DNA of 63,644 bases, filler included, from Reticulomyxa filosa (Eukaryota > Protista > Foraminifera), in NCBI GenBank assembly GCA_000512085.1. It is 18 parts of 18 records of this genome, joined end to end, with 100 filler letters (N's around TTAATTAATTAA, not from the genome) between each part and the next. Parts side by side here need not be neighbours in the genome. Positions count along the whole stretch, not along the records: positions 11,359 to 13,635 come from ASPP01026118.1; positions 13,736 to 17,927 come from ASPP01020613.1; positions 18,028 to 21,940 come from ASPP01022617.1; positions 22,041 to 24,346 come from ASPP01023410.1; positions 24,447 to 28,054 come from ASPP01006681.1; 13 more parts are not named here. One strand, written 5' to 3'. Under the pieces are notes generated by a model that did no database searches, was not told the origin of the DNA, and worked only from the letters and a program-made list of their open reading frames with translations. Below, one piece after another: positions 13,381-26,870 of the stretch (position 1 is its first letter; each line of letters opens with the position of its first letter). The translations under genes were made by a program, and so were the position numbers.

Positions 13381-13769
13381 TTTAAAAAAATTTTTTGTAG
13401 TGCCTGATTATGATAATATTTGTTTTTTAGAATTTAATTCAAGTTTACCAACTTGTTATATCTACTTTGGCCTTTTTAACTACTTGTATTCTCTTTGGCA
13501 TTGACTTTATTAAGGTTTCACAAATGTTTGTTTCTATTTTTTCCCATTCTGTTTCGAATTGTTACAAAGTTTTTCAGTACTATTAAATATCCCTTTTTTG
13601 TGTCTTTACTATCCACCAAAGATTTTCAATTGGATNNNNNNNNNNNNNNNNNNNNNNNNNNNNNNNNNNNNNNNNNNNNTTAATTAATTAANNNNNNNNN
13701 NNNNNNNNNNNNNNNNNNNNNNNNNNNNNNNNNNNTTTTTTTTTTTTTTTTTTTTTTTTGTGTTGCTAG

Positions 13770-15446
13770 CAATTGCAACAAGAAAATGAAGCATTGACAC
13801 TCGAAAATGAAGAACTAAAGAAAGAATTAGCCACGTTTAATACACTGAACCCTATAAGTAGCCCACGAACTCAGCGTTTGGTATGAATTTTGTTTCGATG
13901 TCCTTTTTGGTTTTGCAATGAAAAGAGCATGTGACGTGATGAGACAAACAGTAACACCAAAAAAAAAAAAAAAAAAAAAAAAAGATGTTGAAAGAGGAAA
14001 CGTATAATGAAAGCACGTATGAAAGCGAAGTAACCTCTCCCTTGGGGAGCATTAAGAAATCAGGTCAGCAGATGATGAAAACGGCAAATGAAGTGGAAGA
14101 ACTGACGAAACAGGTGAACGAATACGACAAGGCACTGTCTGAGGCGCATCAAAAACACAAGGATTTGCAGGCGCAAATCGAAGAGTTGCACACGGAAAAC
14201 CTTGAAAAAGACAAAATCAATCAACAGCTAACCCAGGAATTGGGACGCACGCGCATGCATTTGACCAAGAAACTACAGTCCACCGATCGCTTGAAAACAG
14301 AACTCGGTTACATATATGCATACGTATACATATACATATATACATATTATGTGTATATATTCAAACTATTTCTCACATACTTACTTTGCGTGTGAACACT
14401 CAAATCACAACAACAAACAATATTTATATTACACCAAACTGTGAACGGGCTAGTACAGAAGAATTAGAGAAAGAATTCAATGAAGAACAAGACTTACAAC
14501 CTCCCGCTTATGTATGTCTTTTACAAATAATGTACCGCCTTGAGTTGTACATATGTACTACAAGCTATGATATATGCAATGGACAACTTATTATATATTG
14601 GGGGGGGCGGGGTAAACAGATGCGCAATAAAACGGTGAAATTTCGAAGACTCTCCAAAGATCTTCAAAAACACTTGACTGTCGAAAAAGGAGAGTGGCAA
14701 AATTTGGTCGATTCCATTGGGGGCGGTGCCAGTGCAAACTCGAGTGTCGCTGGCATGTTATATTTGTGTGTGTGTGTGTATTGTGAATAAAAGGAAAGCA
14801 GATAAATACAAACTTATGCATTTTGATATAATGTATTTATATGTAATATTTAATGACAATCTAGTGCACAACAAATAATAATAAAGAATGGGAATTAGAA
14901 TACGATGACGAATATAGCGCAGAACATGCAAAAGAAACGGAAGCGACAGCGGAAGAAGTGGAAGCAGAGAAACTGAAGAATCGTGAACAAATGAAACAAG
15001 AGGTAATTGGACAGATAAATATGGAATGGCAGACAAAATGGGAAGCAAGAGAACAGGAATGGAAGCGCAAGCAAGAGAACATACAGAAAGAAAGTAATGA
15101 CCAACAAAGTATTGCACTTGCCAAAATGCAGAAAGAATTTGAAAAAGATATGCTCCAGTTGAAAGATACTCACAACCTCCAATTGCAACAGTTGCAAGAT
15201 GATAATCATCGATTGCAGTCACAATTAACTGATTCCAAACAAAAACAATTGGACAAAACAAAGTCAAGATCAGAGGCATGCTTTTTTTCTCTCCCTCTCT
15301 TCTCTTCTGCTTCTTCGTTGTTGTTACCTGTATTTTCCTCTTCCATGTTATTTTCATTTGTTCAGAGCTCCTTCTTTGTTTTTTTGTTTATGGTTGTTGC
15401 TCCAAAATCATGTTTTCTTTTAGACTGGCGGGAACACGCTGTATGA
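13770..15446 (+). CDS. Multi-exon coiled-coil protein with hydrophobic C-terminal tail, 5'-truncated
   Basis: Heptad-rich exons at about 13770-13880, 13985-14306 and 14865-15446, separated by GT-AG introns. Confidence 0.65.
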
Positions 15447-15949
15447 ACCACTCATTTCTCAAAAAAGATGATGACGCTTCGACAGGATGGTATGCAAGTG
15501 TTTGCGTTCTATAACATCTCATTTGTGTTACTATTTCAAAAACATGCTGTGTGTTTCTCAACAGTACGATATTCGGCTTCAGGCTGTGTTAATTCGCTCA
15601 TCAATAGCAGTTTTTTTTCTTGAAAAAACAGAGAAAATAGGAACGGGAAAGGGTGTTAAAGTTTTTTTGTTGTTTTGTCTATTCGTTGTGTACGCGTACA
15701 CTACATTATTTCCATTTGTCAATTTTAATTTTATATTGGGTGTTGGCTTTTCTTATTTGAACACGACATGCATATTTTTGTTTCTAATTTTGTTATTGAA
15801 ATAAAATACAATTGTTATCTTTTGAAAACGAAAGATATAATTCAAGCAAACAAATCAAAAAATAACAATCCAAAAAAAAATTGTACTAATTCATGGCTGT
15901 ATTTTTTGAACTACTTGTTATTCATCTTAACATTTTCTAAAAAACCAGA

Positions 15950-16139
15950 CAAGTGCAATACGAAAAGGAAATAGCTCTTTTGAGCTAATTTCAAAATAAA
16001 GCAAAAGTTAAAGCAAGAAAAAAACAAAATGAGAAATAAGACAAGAAAAACAAGCGAGTTTGAGTGTTGGTTTTGTAAAAGAGTTTAGCCTACGGGAGTT
16101 CCTTGAACTTCGCTTAACACCGTGGGGTCTCGTTCCACA
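15950..16139 (+). mobile_element. Probable 5'-truncated member of the TG..CA solo-LTR-like family
   Basis: Contains AAGTGCAATACGAAAAGG (cf. AAATGTAATACGAAAA in the other copies), an A-rich middle and GGGAGTTCCT, and ends ...GTTCCACA. Confidence 0.45.
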
Positions 16140-16419
16140 AAGGAATGAATAAAAATCAAATATATTTAAAACTATGTGATTTGTAGATATTTTAAACAAA
16201 AAACTTTTGATTGAGCGCTGTTCCTCAAGAGAAAAGAACAGCTTTTTTTTGGCATTCTATTGTATTAGAGCATAGCTGGTATAATGTTGAATGTTCACCG
16301 TAAAAACAAAAAGAAAAATAAATTAAATAAATCCGAACCCTCTGTCCGTTCAAGTACACTATGATCACGTTCTATTTTGAATAAAAACAAGTGATTGATG
16401 CAAGAGTTATTGATGATTG

Positions 16420-17927
16420 ATGCGCATGTTCATTCCTTATGTAAAAGTTCGTCCTGGCCAGATGATTTCTAAAACCGTTGTTGTGGCTGTCTACGCGACA
16501 ACGAACCAATTGCTTGTCTACTTCTTGTTGTCCTACATTTATCAAGCATTGCAACCATCTTTTCATTCTTAATGTCTTCCAATCACGACAATGAAAGGGT
16601 CGGAGTTAAAAAAAATTCACCCTGAAGGACAAACCTGAGGTGTTTATCAGCTGATAACCCGGACATCCGATTGTATGGTGATCTATCCGAGGGACTGCTC
16701 AAAGAAGTAGCCAATGCATTATCGGAGCAACGGTTAATACCATTGTCAATGCGAACGTTTTCTTGATTACTATTTACTGGCGTTCGGGCCATCTTGGGGC
16801 TGTCATTAAATGCGAAGTCGATAAGCTTCATTGAAGCTAATTTCTTGTCGTCTTCATATGCCTCTTTCAATTGTCGGCATTGAAGTTTTAATATGGCTCC
16901 CTCTTTTGACAACTCACTCTTTTCTTTCAGCAACTTTGAATTTTCCAATTTCAATTTTTCGATCGTCTGTTGCATTTCCAGACATTGGCTCCGAACTCGT
17001 AGTAACTCTTCCAACTCCCGCTCCGAATCTGTCCTTGTTTCAGAGGATTTAATTTCCATTGCTGTCTGATGGGCATCACTCTGTTCTTCTTTTGGTCGTT
17101 CTGTGTCCGATAATGATGTTGCTGGCACTTTTTCCATCTCTTTGCTTTTTTGTTTCAGAGACTCCGTATATAGCTCTGTTTTTTTTAAAATGATAAGTGT
17201 AGTTTACCGCTTTTATTTCTATCTCTACAGTCTTTGTTTTTTTTTTTTCCCTTCCCTTCTCCTTCCCTTCCCTTCCCCCCTTCTCCTCCTCCTTTCCTTC
17301 ACTCTCATTTGCAAGGACAAAAAGACACCCACACTCCAAATCAACCCACTCACCTTTCAACTCCTTCACCAACTTTTGCAAATAAAAAATCTGCTCGTCT
17401 TTGTCCAATTGCTTATCGTCGTTCTTTATCGACTGCGTTTCTGCCGTTGACTTCATCACCGAAGTGGCACTTTTGTCGCTTATCAATTCTTTCGGTTGCT
17501 TTCTGTACCGACATTTTTTTTTCTGAAAAAACTGACTCTTTTTTTTTTTTTTTTTTTTTTTTTTTACTCTTATCAAAATAGGTATACGTGCGTGTATTTG
17601 TGTGTCCTTCTTAACGAAGAAGAGTCAGCAGGTTTTGTAAGTGCTGGATCGGACAGAGAACTGAGATCGATTTGTTTAATGTCAACGACACCCTTTTCCT
17701 TTTAATTATTTATTATTATTGTCATTTGTTATTATTATCATTGACATATAAGTTTTGCTTGGTTAATCGTCGCGAAAAACACAAAAAAGAGTTTACACAC
17801 TCACCAAAAGGTTCAGCAACTGTTGCAACACGTACAAATCTGCTAAAGGCGCGCCAGCGATACCTGTGCCTAATGAATGGAATATTTGCTGTTTGCCGTT
17901 CTGGCATGGGCGGCATATGAGCATTTC
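16420..17927 (-). CDS. Multi-exon coiled-coil/low-complexity hypothetical protein, 5'-truncated
   Basis: GC-richer exons (about 17350-17510 and 16620-17170, ..ELEELLRVRSQCLEMQQTIEKLKLENSKLLKEK..) with homopolymer-rich introns. Confidence 0.6.
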
Positions 17928-18027
17928 NNNNNNNNNNNNNNNNNNNNNNNNNNNNNNNNNNNNNNNNNNNNTTAATTAATTAANNNNNNNNNNNNNNNNN
18001 NNNNNNNNNNNNNNNNNNNNNNNNNNN

Positions 18028-18090
18028 GGAGAAAATCGATTCTCTTCGTATAGTGCCATTTAGGTATGGCATTTTTTTTGCAATCTATTG
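18028..18090 (+). mobile_element. Tc1-like TIR outer end at contig start
   Basis: Near-identical to 113-176. Followed by TA. Confidence 0.8.
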
Positions 18091-18109
18091 TATTAATACA
18101 TTCTCCTTT

Positions 18110-18340
18110 TTAATCCAAATTTATATCTCATCTTGTATCTCGATCCATATATCCATACACCATCATATGCAGATGAAATATTCAATAACACTGCATATGA
18201 TACTAAGTTGTTATCGAATGATCAATAGTCATTCGTAATTGGAGCCATTGTGTTAATAACTGATTTTCATTTAAATACCACATTAATCTCATTGTGATAA
18301 TCCTTTCAATAATGAGATCGACCTGTAATTCTTGTATACA
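18110..18340 (-). mobile_element. Non-LTR retrotransposon reverse-transcriptase fragment
   Basis: ERIITMRLMWYLNENQLL and AYDGVW..RYKMR resemble the LINE RT segments ERII..RL and AYDSVW. Similar to 32100-32165. Confidence 0.6.
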
Positions 18341-18458
18341 CTCAATTGTATTAAAGCTAGTATTTCTTGTAATTTATTTCGGTTCTGCACTTTTTATGCT
18401 TTCTTTTCAATTTGTGGACTTGTTTTTTTTTCTGTGAAGGTTTATTTCCTTCCAAATG

Positions 18459-19635
18459 CAGTAGGTTGCAAAGAAAACTGAACGCCTAAAACATATCTTA
18501 TGATGATAATGGATTTTCTACATGAAAAAACAACATTCAGATCTAATTTTTTTTAAAAATATCTACAAATCGTGTACTTTTTAAATATCATTTTGGTTTT
18601 TTATTATATCTTTACTAATTATTTCAATATTTTATCATTTATTTTTCTTTTCTTTTTTTTTTTTTAGCTCAATGTAATTCAATATTTATTTTTTAATTTT
18701 TTTTGAAAATTACTGAAGGATTGAAAATTTTAACAAAAGACATGTTGAGTTGTTGCGTCAGTGCTGGAGTTTGCGTAAAGTTGCAAAACAATTTTGTGTA
18801 AGTCATGAATGTGTGAGTAAACCGAAGGTGACGTTCATCATAAAAATATCATATTGGTAGTGGAAGTACATCGTGTGGTCTTGCTTTGGAGTGTTAAGAC
18901 CTGTTTATGCATGTAACATTAATTTTAGTTGATGAAATGCTCAAAAGCATTAATTGGGGTTTAGAAGATAATGAAAATTAAATGTTTCAGCAAGATAATG
19001 CCACTAGCCACAGAAATTATAGCAAAAAATAGTTTGAACAAACGCTATCAAGTATTGAATTTCACTCCAAATTCTCCATACCTGAACCAAATCGAAAATC
19101 TGTGGTGAATAGTGAAAACGAAAGTGTTCAAAAATGGACCATTTGGATCAAAAGAAAAACTCCGAAACAATTTAAATTTAAATGGAAAAAAATGACAAAG
19201 AAACATGCACAAACTTAACGAAATCAATGCTGAAAAAAAATACAAGCAGTGTACAAACTTTGCAAAATAATATTAAATTCTGCAAAAAAAAAATTTTCTG
19301 TTAACAAAAAATTGAGTTTTCTCAAAAACTAGAAGACTAATTTTTTTTTTGCAAATATCTACGCATTGAGAACTTTCTGAAAATGCTTAAAAAAAAGTTG
19401 GCAAGTTTCATTGTTATGACGTAGGCACGATTGTCAACTTTTTCTAAAATGAATAAAATATTCAAATTTTTTAAACAATTAGGAAAGATATAATAAAAAA
19501 CCAAAATGATATTTAAAAAGTACACGATTTGTAGATATTTTTTTAAAAAAATTAGATCTGAATGTTGTTTTTTCATGTAGAAAATCAATCATTTCTATAA
19601 GGTGCCATTTTATGTGTCAACTTCTTTGCATTCTG
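18459..19635 (+). mobile_element. Degenerate, internally deleted Tc1/mariner DNA transposon (~1.18 kb)
   Basis: TIRs of about 170 bp, with the inner ~110 bp near-perfect. Termini CAG..CTG flanked by TG and TA. Transposase relics IVWSCFG (~18870), MFQQDNATSH (18982-19011) and PNSPYLNQIENLW* (19067-19108) match the Tc1 motifs FQQDNAP.H and SPDLNPIENLW. Confidence 0.88.
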
Positions 19636-21099
19636 TATTTGAATGGAGACCAAAATTGTGTCATTGTAAAAAGATTTCGATTTATTCTTCAAGCTTTAGT
19701 GATCATCACTCAGTTGATGGCCTTGTCTCATCTATATGGAGTGAGAGTAACCCAAAGATCACTTTGGGACCTCGCTCAGACTCTTCGAGACAGCAGATGG
19801 TGATATCAGATGCAGAAGAGTAAATATCATTCAACTTACAAGAGACAATCCACAATTTTAATTACCACAAACAACCTTAAACAAAACTGCTACAACTCAA
19901 AACAAAAGTCAACAAAAGGTTGAAGCATTTTTTCTTTAACTGTTTCTTCAATCGTTGCTTTCTGGCAAACACCCAAAGGTGTCTTTTTTGCCTGTTGTTT
20001 GAGTTTGGCGCTTACTGGGCCTGGATGCCTCCCTTAAAGCGCTGGCTTTTTCTAGTTTTGGCTTTTGGTTGCCAATGATGATGAAGAATCCTAATATTTT
20101 TTTTGCAATAAAGTGGCAGTTCAAAGGCCCAAAACAAAAAGCAAAAAGATACTCATCATTGAAACGTGAAATTGAAGAGATGAAATGACGATGTTCGTGC
20201 AATCATTCAAAGCAATGACGCAAATGGGAGTTGGGAACAGATCAAGAGATGAAATTAACATATCAAAAACTGATATGAATCTGTGAACAGTGGTGTGTGA
20301 TCTTCCGAAATAATATAAACGGATTTTATTCAAGTATCTTTTTCTTTTTTAGCTGAAAGTTGAGACCTAATCCTAGTTAAAAGAGCACAGTACTCAAATA
20401 AAAACAAAAAGCAAGGAAAAGATCTACAAAATTTGTTAAAACTAACTCACAATCAATACAACAAGCAAAAATATCAATTTAAAGTCTTAACTAAATTTAA
20501 AATATCAAAAGAGCAAAGTAAATTTCAAAAGTTAAAGGTTGAGATCAATCAACGGTTGTGAAAACAATTTGGCTCTTCCCTGTGGAGGTCAGGGGGAATT
20601 GCTCAACTGAATTATCTGAGCCTTGTTTTGAAGTGTTAAAATATCGAGATCCAGTTCGCTTCTTTTAATAAATTAGAAAAAACTAAAACAAAAATTAAAA
20701 CTTAATACTTATTCACTAGAAAGTGGCTCAATTTTTGCTTGTAAGCTTGGTTTGGTCTTGATATTCTGTTTCAACCAATATCTTCAGAAATTTCGCTTGG
20801 TCGTTCGATATATAATCTTACGAAATATCGCAAGATCAGGTATAGTTAAAAAAAATTTTCTTTATTAGTTTGAAAAGTTTGTTTTCTTTGTGTCTTTGTT
20901 TCTGTTTTCGCCTCAATCTTGTTGAAGACGAAAATCGTTGCTACTTCTTTCAGATACTGCTAGATATTACAGTATCTAGTTGTTCTGTGCTTGTTTTCCT
21001 TCAAAATGCAACTTTTTTTTCAAAAGTTTATATCGATGATGAAGGTTCAAATGAATTTTTTTTTTCCAGATTGGAATGCAAATCACCCAATCACTTTTA

Positions 21100-21900
21100 A
21101 TATCAAAACCACGTGGTCTTCACCACGAATTGAACATAAAAGATTGAAATTTGGATAAGATTGAAAAAGGATATTGATAATTGGATGAAATCTATTGATC
21201 CAATTGTACCAAGAGATCAAGTTTCTTTGGACAAAGCAGTCGAATCTTGGACCAAATGTATTGTTGAAGCTGGAGAAGTGACAATTGGTATCAGAACGAT
21301 TTAGAAAGGCAACAAGCCATGGTGGAGTGATAGTTTATGAGGAAACACAAGAAATTTATTCACACAATTCAAAGCATTTGTATTATTCCAGCATTGGTGA
21401 ACAAAGAGACAAATTCAGTGGCAAGATCAGATTTGACAAAGCGTGCCTATTGGCAAAGACATTTGCGGAACTCCCTACATCCAAAGATGGGATGAAAAGC
21501 TTATGAAATTGTTGAAAATGACATTAGATATAAAGTTGCAATATCTAAACCATTGGTGATATCCAACAGAATGATATTACAAAAGAAGAAGTCATTGAGA
21601 TATTTGTCGCCGTACAAAGCGCAAGGTATTAATATTTCTTTCTCAAATTATGGAATACCAACGTAGATTTTGATCAGACCGGATGGTATCACAAATCTCC
21701 AAATCTACTGGAAAGATCCAGTAACTCACAATTCAAAAAAGGAAATACAGCGCGAATTTTGATCCAACATGCTGCATTCGCAAAAACTTTAATATGTGCT
21801 TTGTACGAATGTCAAATATCCAAGTTTCCTTGCTGCTTTGCCATAGATGTAATTAACATGCTTGGAATAAGTCATGTGAATTAAGAAACAATCCAAGATA
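21100..21900 (+). mobile_element. Degraded LINE ORF2 fragment (EN-RT linker and start of RT)
   Basis: LDKAVESWTKCIVEAGEVTIGIRTI*KGNKPWWSDSL, then DITKEEVIE..SPYKAQG. Many stops and frameshifts. Confidence 0.65.
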
Positions 21901-22040
21901 CTTTATATGATTACATTCTTCAAAACCCAAAGAAGAAATANNNNNNNNNNNNNNNNNNNNNNNNNNNNNNNNNNNNNNNNNNNNTTAATTAATTAANNNN
22001 NNNNNNNNNNNNNNNNNNNNNNNNNNNNNNNNNNNNNNNN

Positions 22041-23278
22041 TTATAATAATTTGATCAAAATCATCGATCCATCCTAATTTTATCTTTAAAATTCGAATCC
22101 AATATTGAATAGTAAATTTTATTTCTTTTTTTAGCTGTTCATTATTTATTATTTGTAAAATATATTTGTTTGATCCAAAAAAAAAGAATTATTACCAGAA
22201 GTGAAGGATCCCATACACGCACTTTAGTCTTCATGTGAGTTGACAATTTTGTATTTTTATTATCTAATCCTCCAATGATGTGTATATCAGTATCGTTTTC
22301 ATTCAGTATTGCAACGCAATCTCCCAATGGTATGGGTAAAGTGTTTTCAAATGTCATCAATTTGTTTTCTCCAATTGAGTATTTATACACAAACTTTGAA
22401 AAAAAACTTTTATTAATATCCCATCCACCAAAGAACAAGATTATATCATTGATACACACATATGCATATCTATGTAATGGCGCAATATCATCACAAATAG
22501 GTAGTTGATGAAATTGAAAAGTGTTGCTATCTTCATCATATTCAATTGATAATCCTGTATTTTTACAAAACAACAGCATTTGATAATTTTGTTTCTTTCT
22601 TTCTTGATTTTTTTTCATCATTTCTTGTCCTTGTCCATTTTCTGACTTTGGTACAAAGCAATGAAAATAAGCAATATTCGTAAATAATATTTTATCATGC
22701 TTAATAAATTGAAATGTATTTAAATCAAACACACTAATATTATTTGTAAAATAAGTGATAAATAACAACTTATTATTACTTCCACCAATCATTGCACGCG
22801 CTCCTTGATAATAGTGATTTTCATATTTTCCAATGATAATTGGATGATTGCGATTGTCTTTGAAAGGAATCCATTGATTGTAATTGTTTAATTTATTTGA
22901 TTTGTTTGATATAAAACTCCAAATACTTACATATTTCATCACCAATGTATGGTTATATAATCCGCCAAAAGATAACAAAGTGATTTGATTGTTATCTTTG
23001 TTCTTGTCATCTACTAGTTTCACTACACAATGTCCATCTAAATAAACATCACTTGGATACTTACAGATAAGCTTGTATTCGTTTTTGAGTGTATGATAAG
23101 AATAACAAGCTCTTTCATGCCAACCTCCACAAATGAGGAGTTCGTGTTTGTGTAACACACATTGAGATTGAAAAAGTGGAACGGGCAACTCCTTCAAAAT
23201 TTGAAAGGGATTAATCAGATGTTTACTCTGTTTGATTTCTCTTTCAGGAGATTTTTGTGTTGTAGTTCGATTACCCAT
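22041..23278 (-). CDS. Kelch-repeat protein followed by a 'GWI box' exon, 3'-truncated
   Basis: 378-aa ORF with LLICGG, LLSFGG, ILFFGGW and IHIIGG blades. Downstream exon 22041-22135 encodes LKKEIKFTIQYWIRILKIKLGWIDDFDQIII. Starts MGNRTT. Confidence 0.9.
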
Positions 23279-23603
23279 GTCATGAATGTTACTGAAATTT
23301 TTTTAAGTTTAACTTTTTTTAAAAGGGATTTGTGTAAAGGAGTTCGTCTTTTTCCTTTCTTTTACTAAGGAGCTTATCTGTAAGATTTTTTTTTCAAAAA
23401 TGTTTATTTAAGAAGCATTGTATTTGTCATATCAAACAAAAAAGAAAATAATGAAAGTTTTTAAAAAATATTTATAATCATGTAGTTTTTGAATATGGTT
23501 ATTCCCTCTTTCCAAATAACAATAAAACTAAATATTTGAACAATTCTCTTGAATAATTCAATGATTATAACAAGATATTGATTTTATTAATTAAAGATTT
23601 TAC

Positions 23604-23813
23604 TGTGGAATGTCTGCTGCTGAAAAGAACTGCGCAAAATGTAATACGAAAGCAAATTTTCAACAAAACGAAATTTGTTAAATAACGAAAAAATAATGAT
23701 CTAGAACAAACAAGCAAAAGTAAGAAAAATAAAAAACTGACGAGTGAACCAGAATAAAGGGAGTTCTGAGGTTCACATGGATTTCTGATAATGCTTAGTA
23801 CTACACGTACACA
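23604..23813 (+). mobile_element. Solo-LTR-like element (210 bp)
   Basis: TGT...ACA termini with a perfect 4-bp TSD TTAC. Shares the AAATGTAATACGAAA core with 37305 and 39778. Confidence 0.7.
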
Positions 23814-24446
23814 TTACTATTCGCCGTGGACGCATATATGTCTCATAGCGTTGACAAGCGGAAAATTGTTTTTAATTTTAAAAAGTTAAAAAGGTGCAAA
23901 ACGTAATTAAGACACTTTTTCGCAAATAACAAAATTGATGTAACTCAATGACGACAACAGTAACGAGACGAAAGCTAATTCTTGTCTAAAATGTTTATTA
24001 TTTTCGTTGTCTATCATTTTTATTTGAGTTCTGCTTTATAGCGTATTAGTTTTTTTTGTTTCATTGAAAAAGCAAAAACAAAATATCAAAAGTTGAAAAA
24101 CAAAATTTCTCTTGTTCAAATCAAAGAGAAAAAATTCTACATTTAATTACGAATTACAATTTTTTCTATTTAACCACTTCGGAATTCGCAACTCTAAAAA
24201 AATCTACGTCATTTCTTTTTGTCAAATGTCATAAAATAAATGAATATTGCGATTATTGTTCTTTACTTTCTTTTTTAATATACAAATTAATACATATTAT
24301 TCCTTCATCCTTTTTATCCTTCAATCACATATAATTCATTCTTATTNNNNNNNNNNNNNNNNNNNNNNNNNNNNNNNNNNNNNNNNNNNNTTAATTAATT
24401 AANNNNNNNNNNNNNNNNNNNNNNNNNNNNNNNNNNNNNNNNNNNN

Positions 24447-24502
24447 GTTTAATGTTTAATGTTCGAATCCAGTGATGAATAATTATTTGGGTCTCTTCTT
24501 CT
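24447..24502 (-). CDS. 'GWI box' exon of a gene truncated by the contig end
   Basis: EEETQIIIHHWIRTLNIK. Confidence 0.6.
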
Positions 24503-26589
24503 GACTGTTTCAATTACAGATTACAACGACAAGTAAAATAAAGAGTAAAAACTTAAAGACAAGCTGGACTCAACTTTGATTGATAAGTTTAAGTTCATTC
24601 TTGTAACTTTTTCAGTTTTCTCTTGAGATAATGTTTGATGATGCAAGATGAAAAAAATAGTTGAACTTTTGTTTATAAAAGGAAAACTGAACTAAGACGT
24701 ACTCAAGAAAAATTTTGAAATGGAGATAAATGTTACGTTTTGAAAATATTTGCATCACAATAATCAGTAACAACAATTCTACAATGCAAAAATCTTCATA
24801 TAATGGCAATATAATTTTACTTATTCTGTGAATTTTTATTAGCAGAAATGCTTTTCTTTGAGCAACCAATGTTCAAAAGCAGAATAAATTGTAAGATGAG
24901 TATTCATATTTATGATTATTCATATTTATGATTATTCATTTAATGTAATAATTTCAGTTCAATTTTCATATTTAATTGAAAATAGCTGTAGATATTACAT
25001 ATTTGTCTTCCTTTGATCAAATAATTAATTGAATCTATTGGATATTCCAAACGTTTGAGACTTAGAAACAGAAATAACTCAACGCAAAATAAAAAACAAC
25101 AGAAGTCTTAAACGAACCATTTGGACTTGACAACCTTTGTCATGCAATTACTCAACAATGAAAAATCGAATTCAAAAACAATTTGATTATTAATAATCAA
25201 GATTACTTGCTTTCAAATCTAAAAGCTGTTAAAGTAATTTTTTTGTTCAAGTCTCTTAAGATGATACACCATATTTTGCTTCAAAAAATTTTATTTAATG
25301 TAAGAAAAATGGCAGAAAGTAAAGTGGATACAATTTCATTTTACAATGTTTTTTTGAAAGGAACAATCAATTGCTCATCAGATTGAACTTATTGTTTCTT
25401 AAACCATTGTACAAATAATGTTTTTGTAAGTCAAATTTATTCAAGTGATGTAAAAGCAACCATTCATATCTCCAAATTGATTTCTTGTTCAATGTTCACT
25501 GTCTAAAACTAGTTGTAATAATCAAGAAACTGGAATTATTCTAAACAGTCAATGTCTTTGCGCAAAAACATAATATAAAAATTGATTAAAAGTACCCTCG
25601 ACAAAGTGCACATTTCCTTTAGACAAGGGATGTAAGATTTTTGAAGGTTAATTTGATGTTGTGCTCAATTTATATTTGCTTATTATGTGATCGTGGAATC
25701 AAGAAAAAACGCTTTGTTATGTCATTGTGATGTTTTCCAATATACTTGCTGTGGACAAACACTTCTATTTCGTATTTGTCTCAAATTTTTCATGTTTGCA
25801 ATTTTGTTGAAAACAACAGAAACAGAAAGAAATACATTGAATCATTTGCTTTTGAATGTTCTATTTGGAGAGATGCGCTTATTTGTATGATAAATATTTT
25901 CAACAATCATTTCATACCAATGAAATTATATTTTCCTTTTTGTTTAGATCAACTGATAGTCATTGAACGCTGTTATGAATAATGATAAAACAATTGAAAT
26001 AAAGAGTAATGATATTTGAAAGACTCTCGATCTATGACCATCCAAAATTGCATCCAATGGAATATACAAAGAGACTCTGATCTAACTGTTACAAATGGAA
26101 TAACAAACACAGTGTGATGATTCCGTGTTAAGTCTTAAACTGAAACTAGTCATTAATCAGTGCATTATATGTTAAAGCACAATCATAAATCTTTTCTTTG
26201 ATAACTACATTAATATATAATATATTAAAATGTCTTGATTGAATTTTGAAATTCTTAATTTTATATTGATTTAAAAAAGTGTTAAATTTACACTTTTGTG
26301 CCACAAATTTTTTTATGAAAATGTTGAGACTATTTTGTTTTATTTTAAATGTTTAAGGAGTATTTTTTGAGTTTTTTACCGCGTTGAGATATGCAATTGT
26401 GATAATCAATTTACTGCTTATTTTTGTTTTGGATTGTTATGTTGAACTTTTTTTTAGATTTTTTGTATTCAAAAATCAATAACGTTTTTTTCCTGCTTTT
26501 GTGAAAAGAGTATTTCAGTCAACGAAGAACAAATGACAGAAAATTGAAAGCAATTGTTTTGAAACTCAAAGAAAGTGGCTTTGTCTTTA

Positions 26590-26870
26590 AATTATCCTAT
26601 CACATGAACAAGATGCAAGCATTTGAACATCTAAAAAATATTTCACAGCAAAAAATTTAGTCAATGTGCTCACTTCCTTTCTGATTCTACATTCCATATT
26701 CGAATTGTTTTGCCATATGAACAAGACACAACAAATCGACCACAGGGAGAAAATTTTGCGATGCAAATCCATTTTTAAATAAATTAAAAAAAATTTAGAG
26801 ATGATATCATTAAAATAGTAAACCCACACGCTTTTAATTGATAAAGATCAAAGCCAATGTTCCATTAACA
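26590..26870 (-). pseudogene. Heavily decayed box + WD40 remnant
   Basis: LLMEHWL*SLSIKSVWVYYFNDIISK, followed by KTIRIWNVES-like and MLASCSCDRII fragments. Confidence 0.6.
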
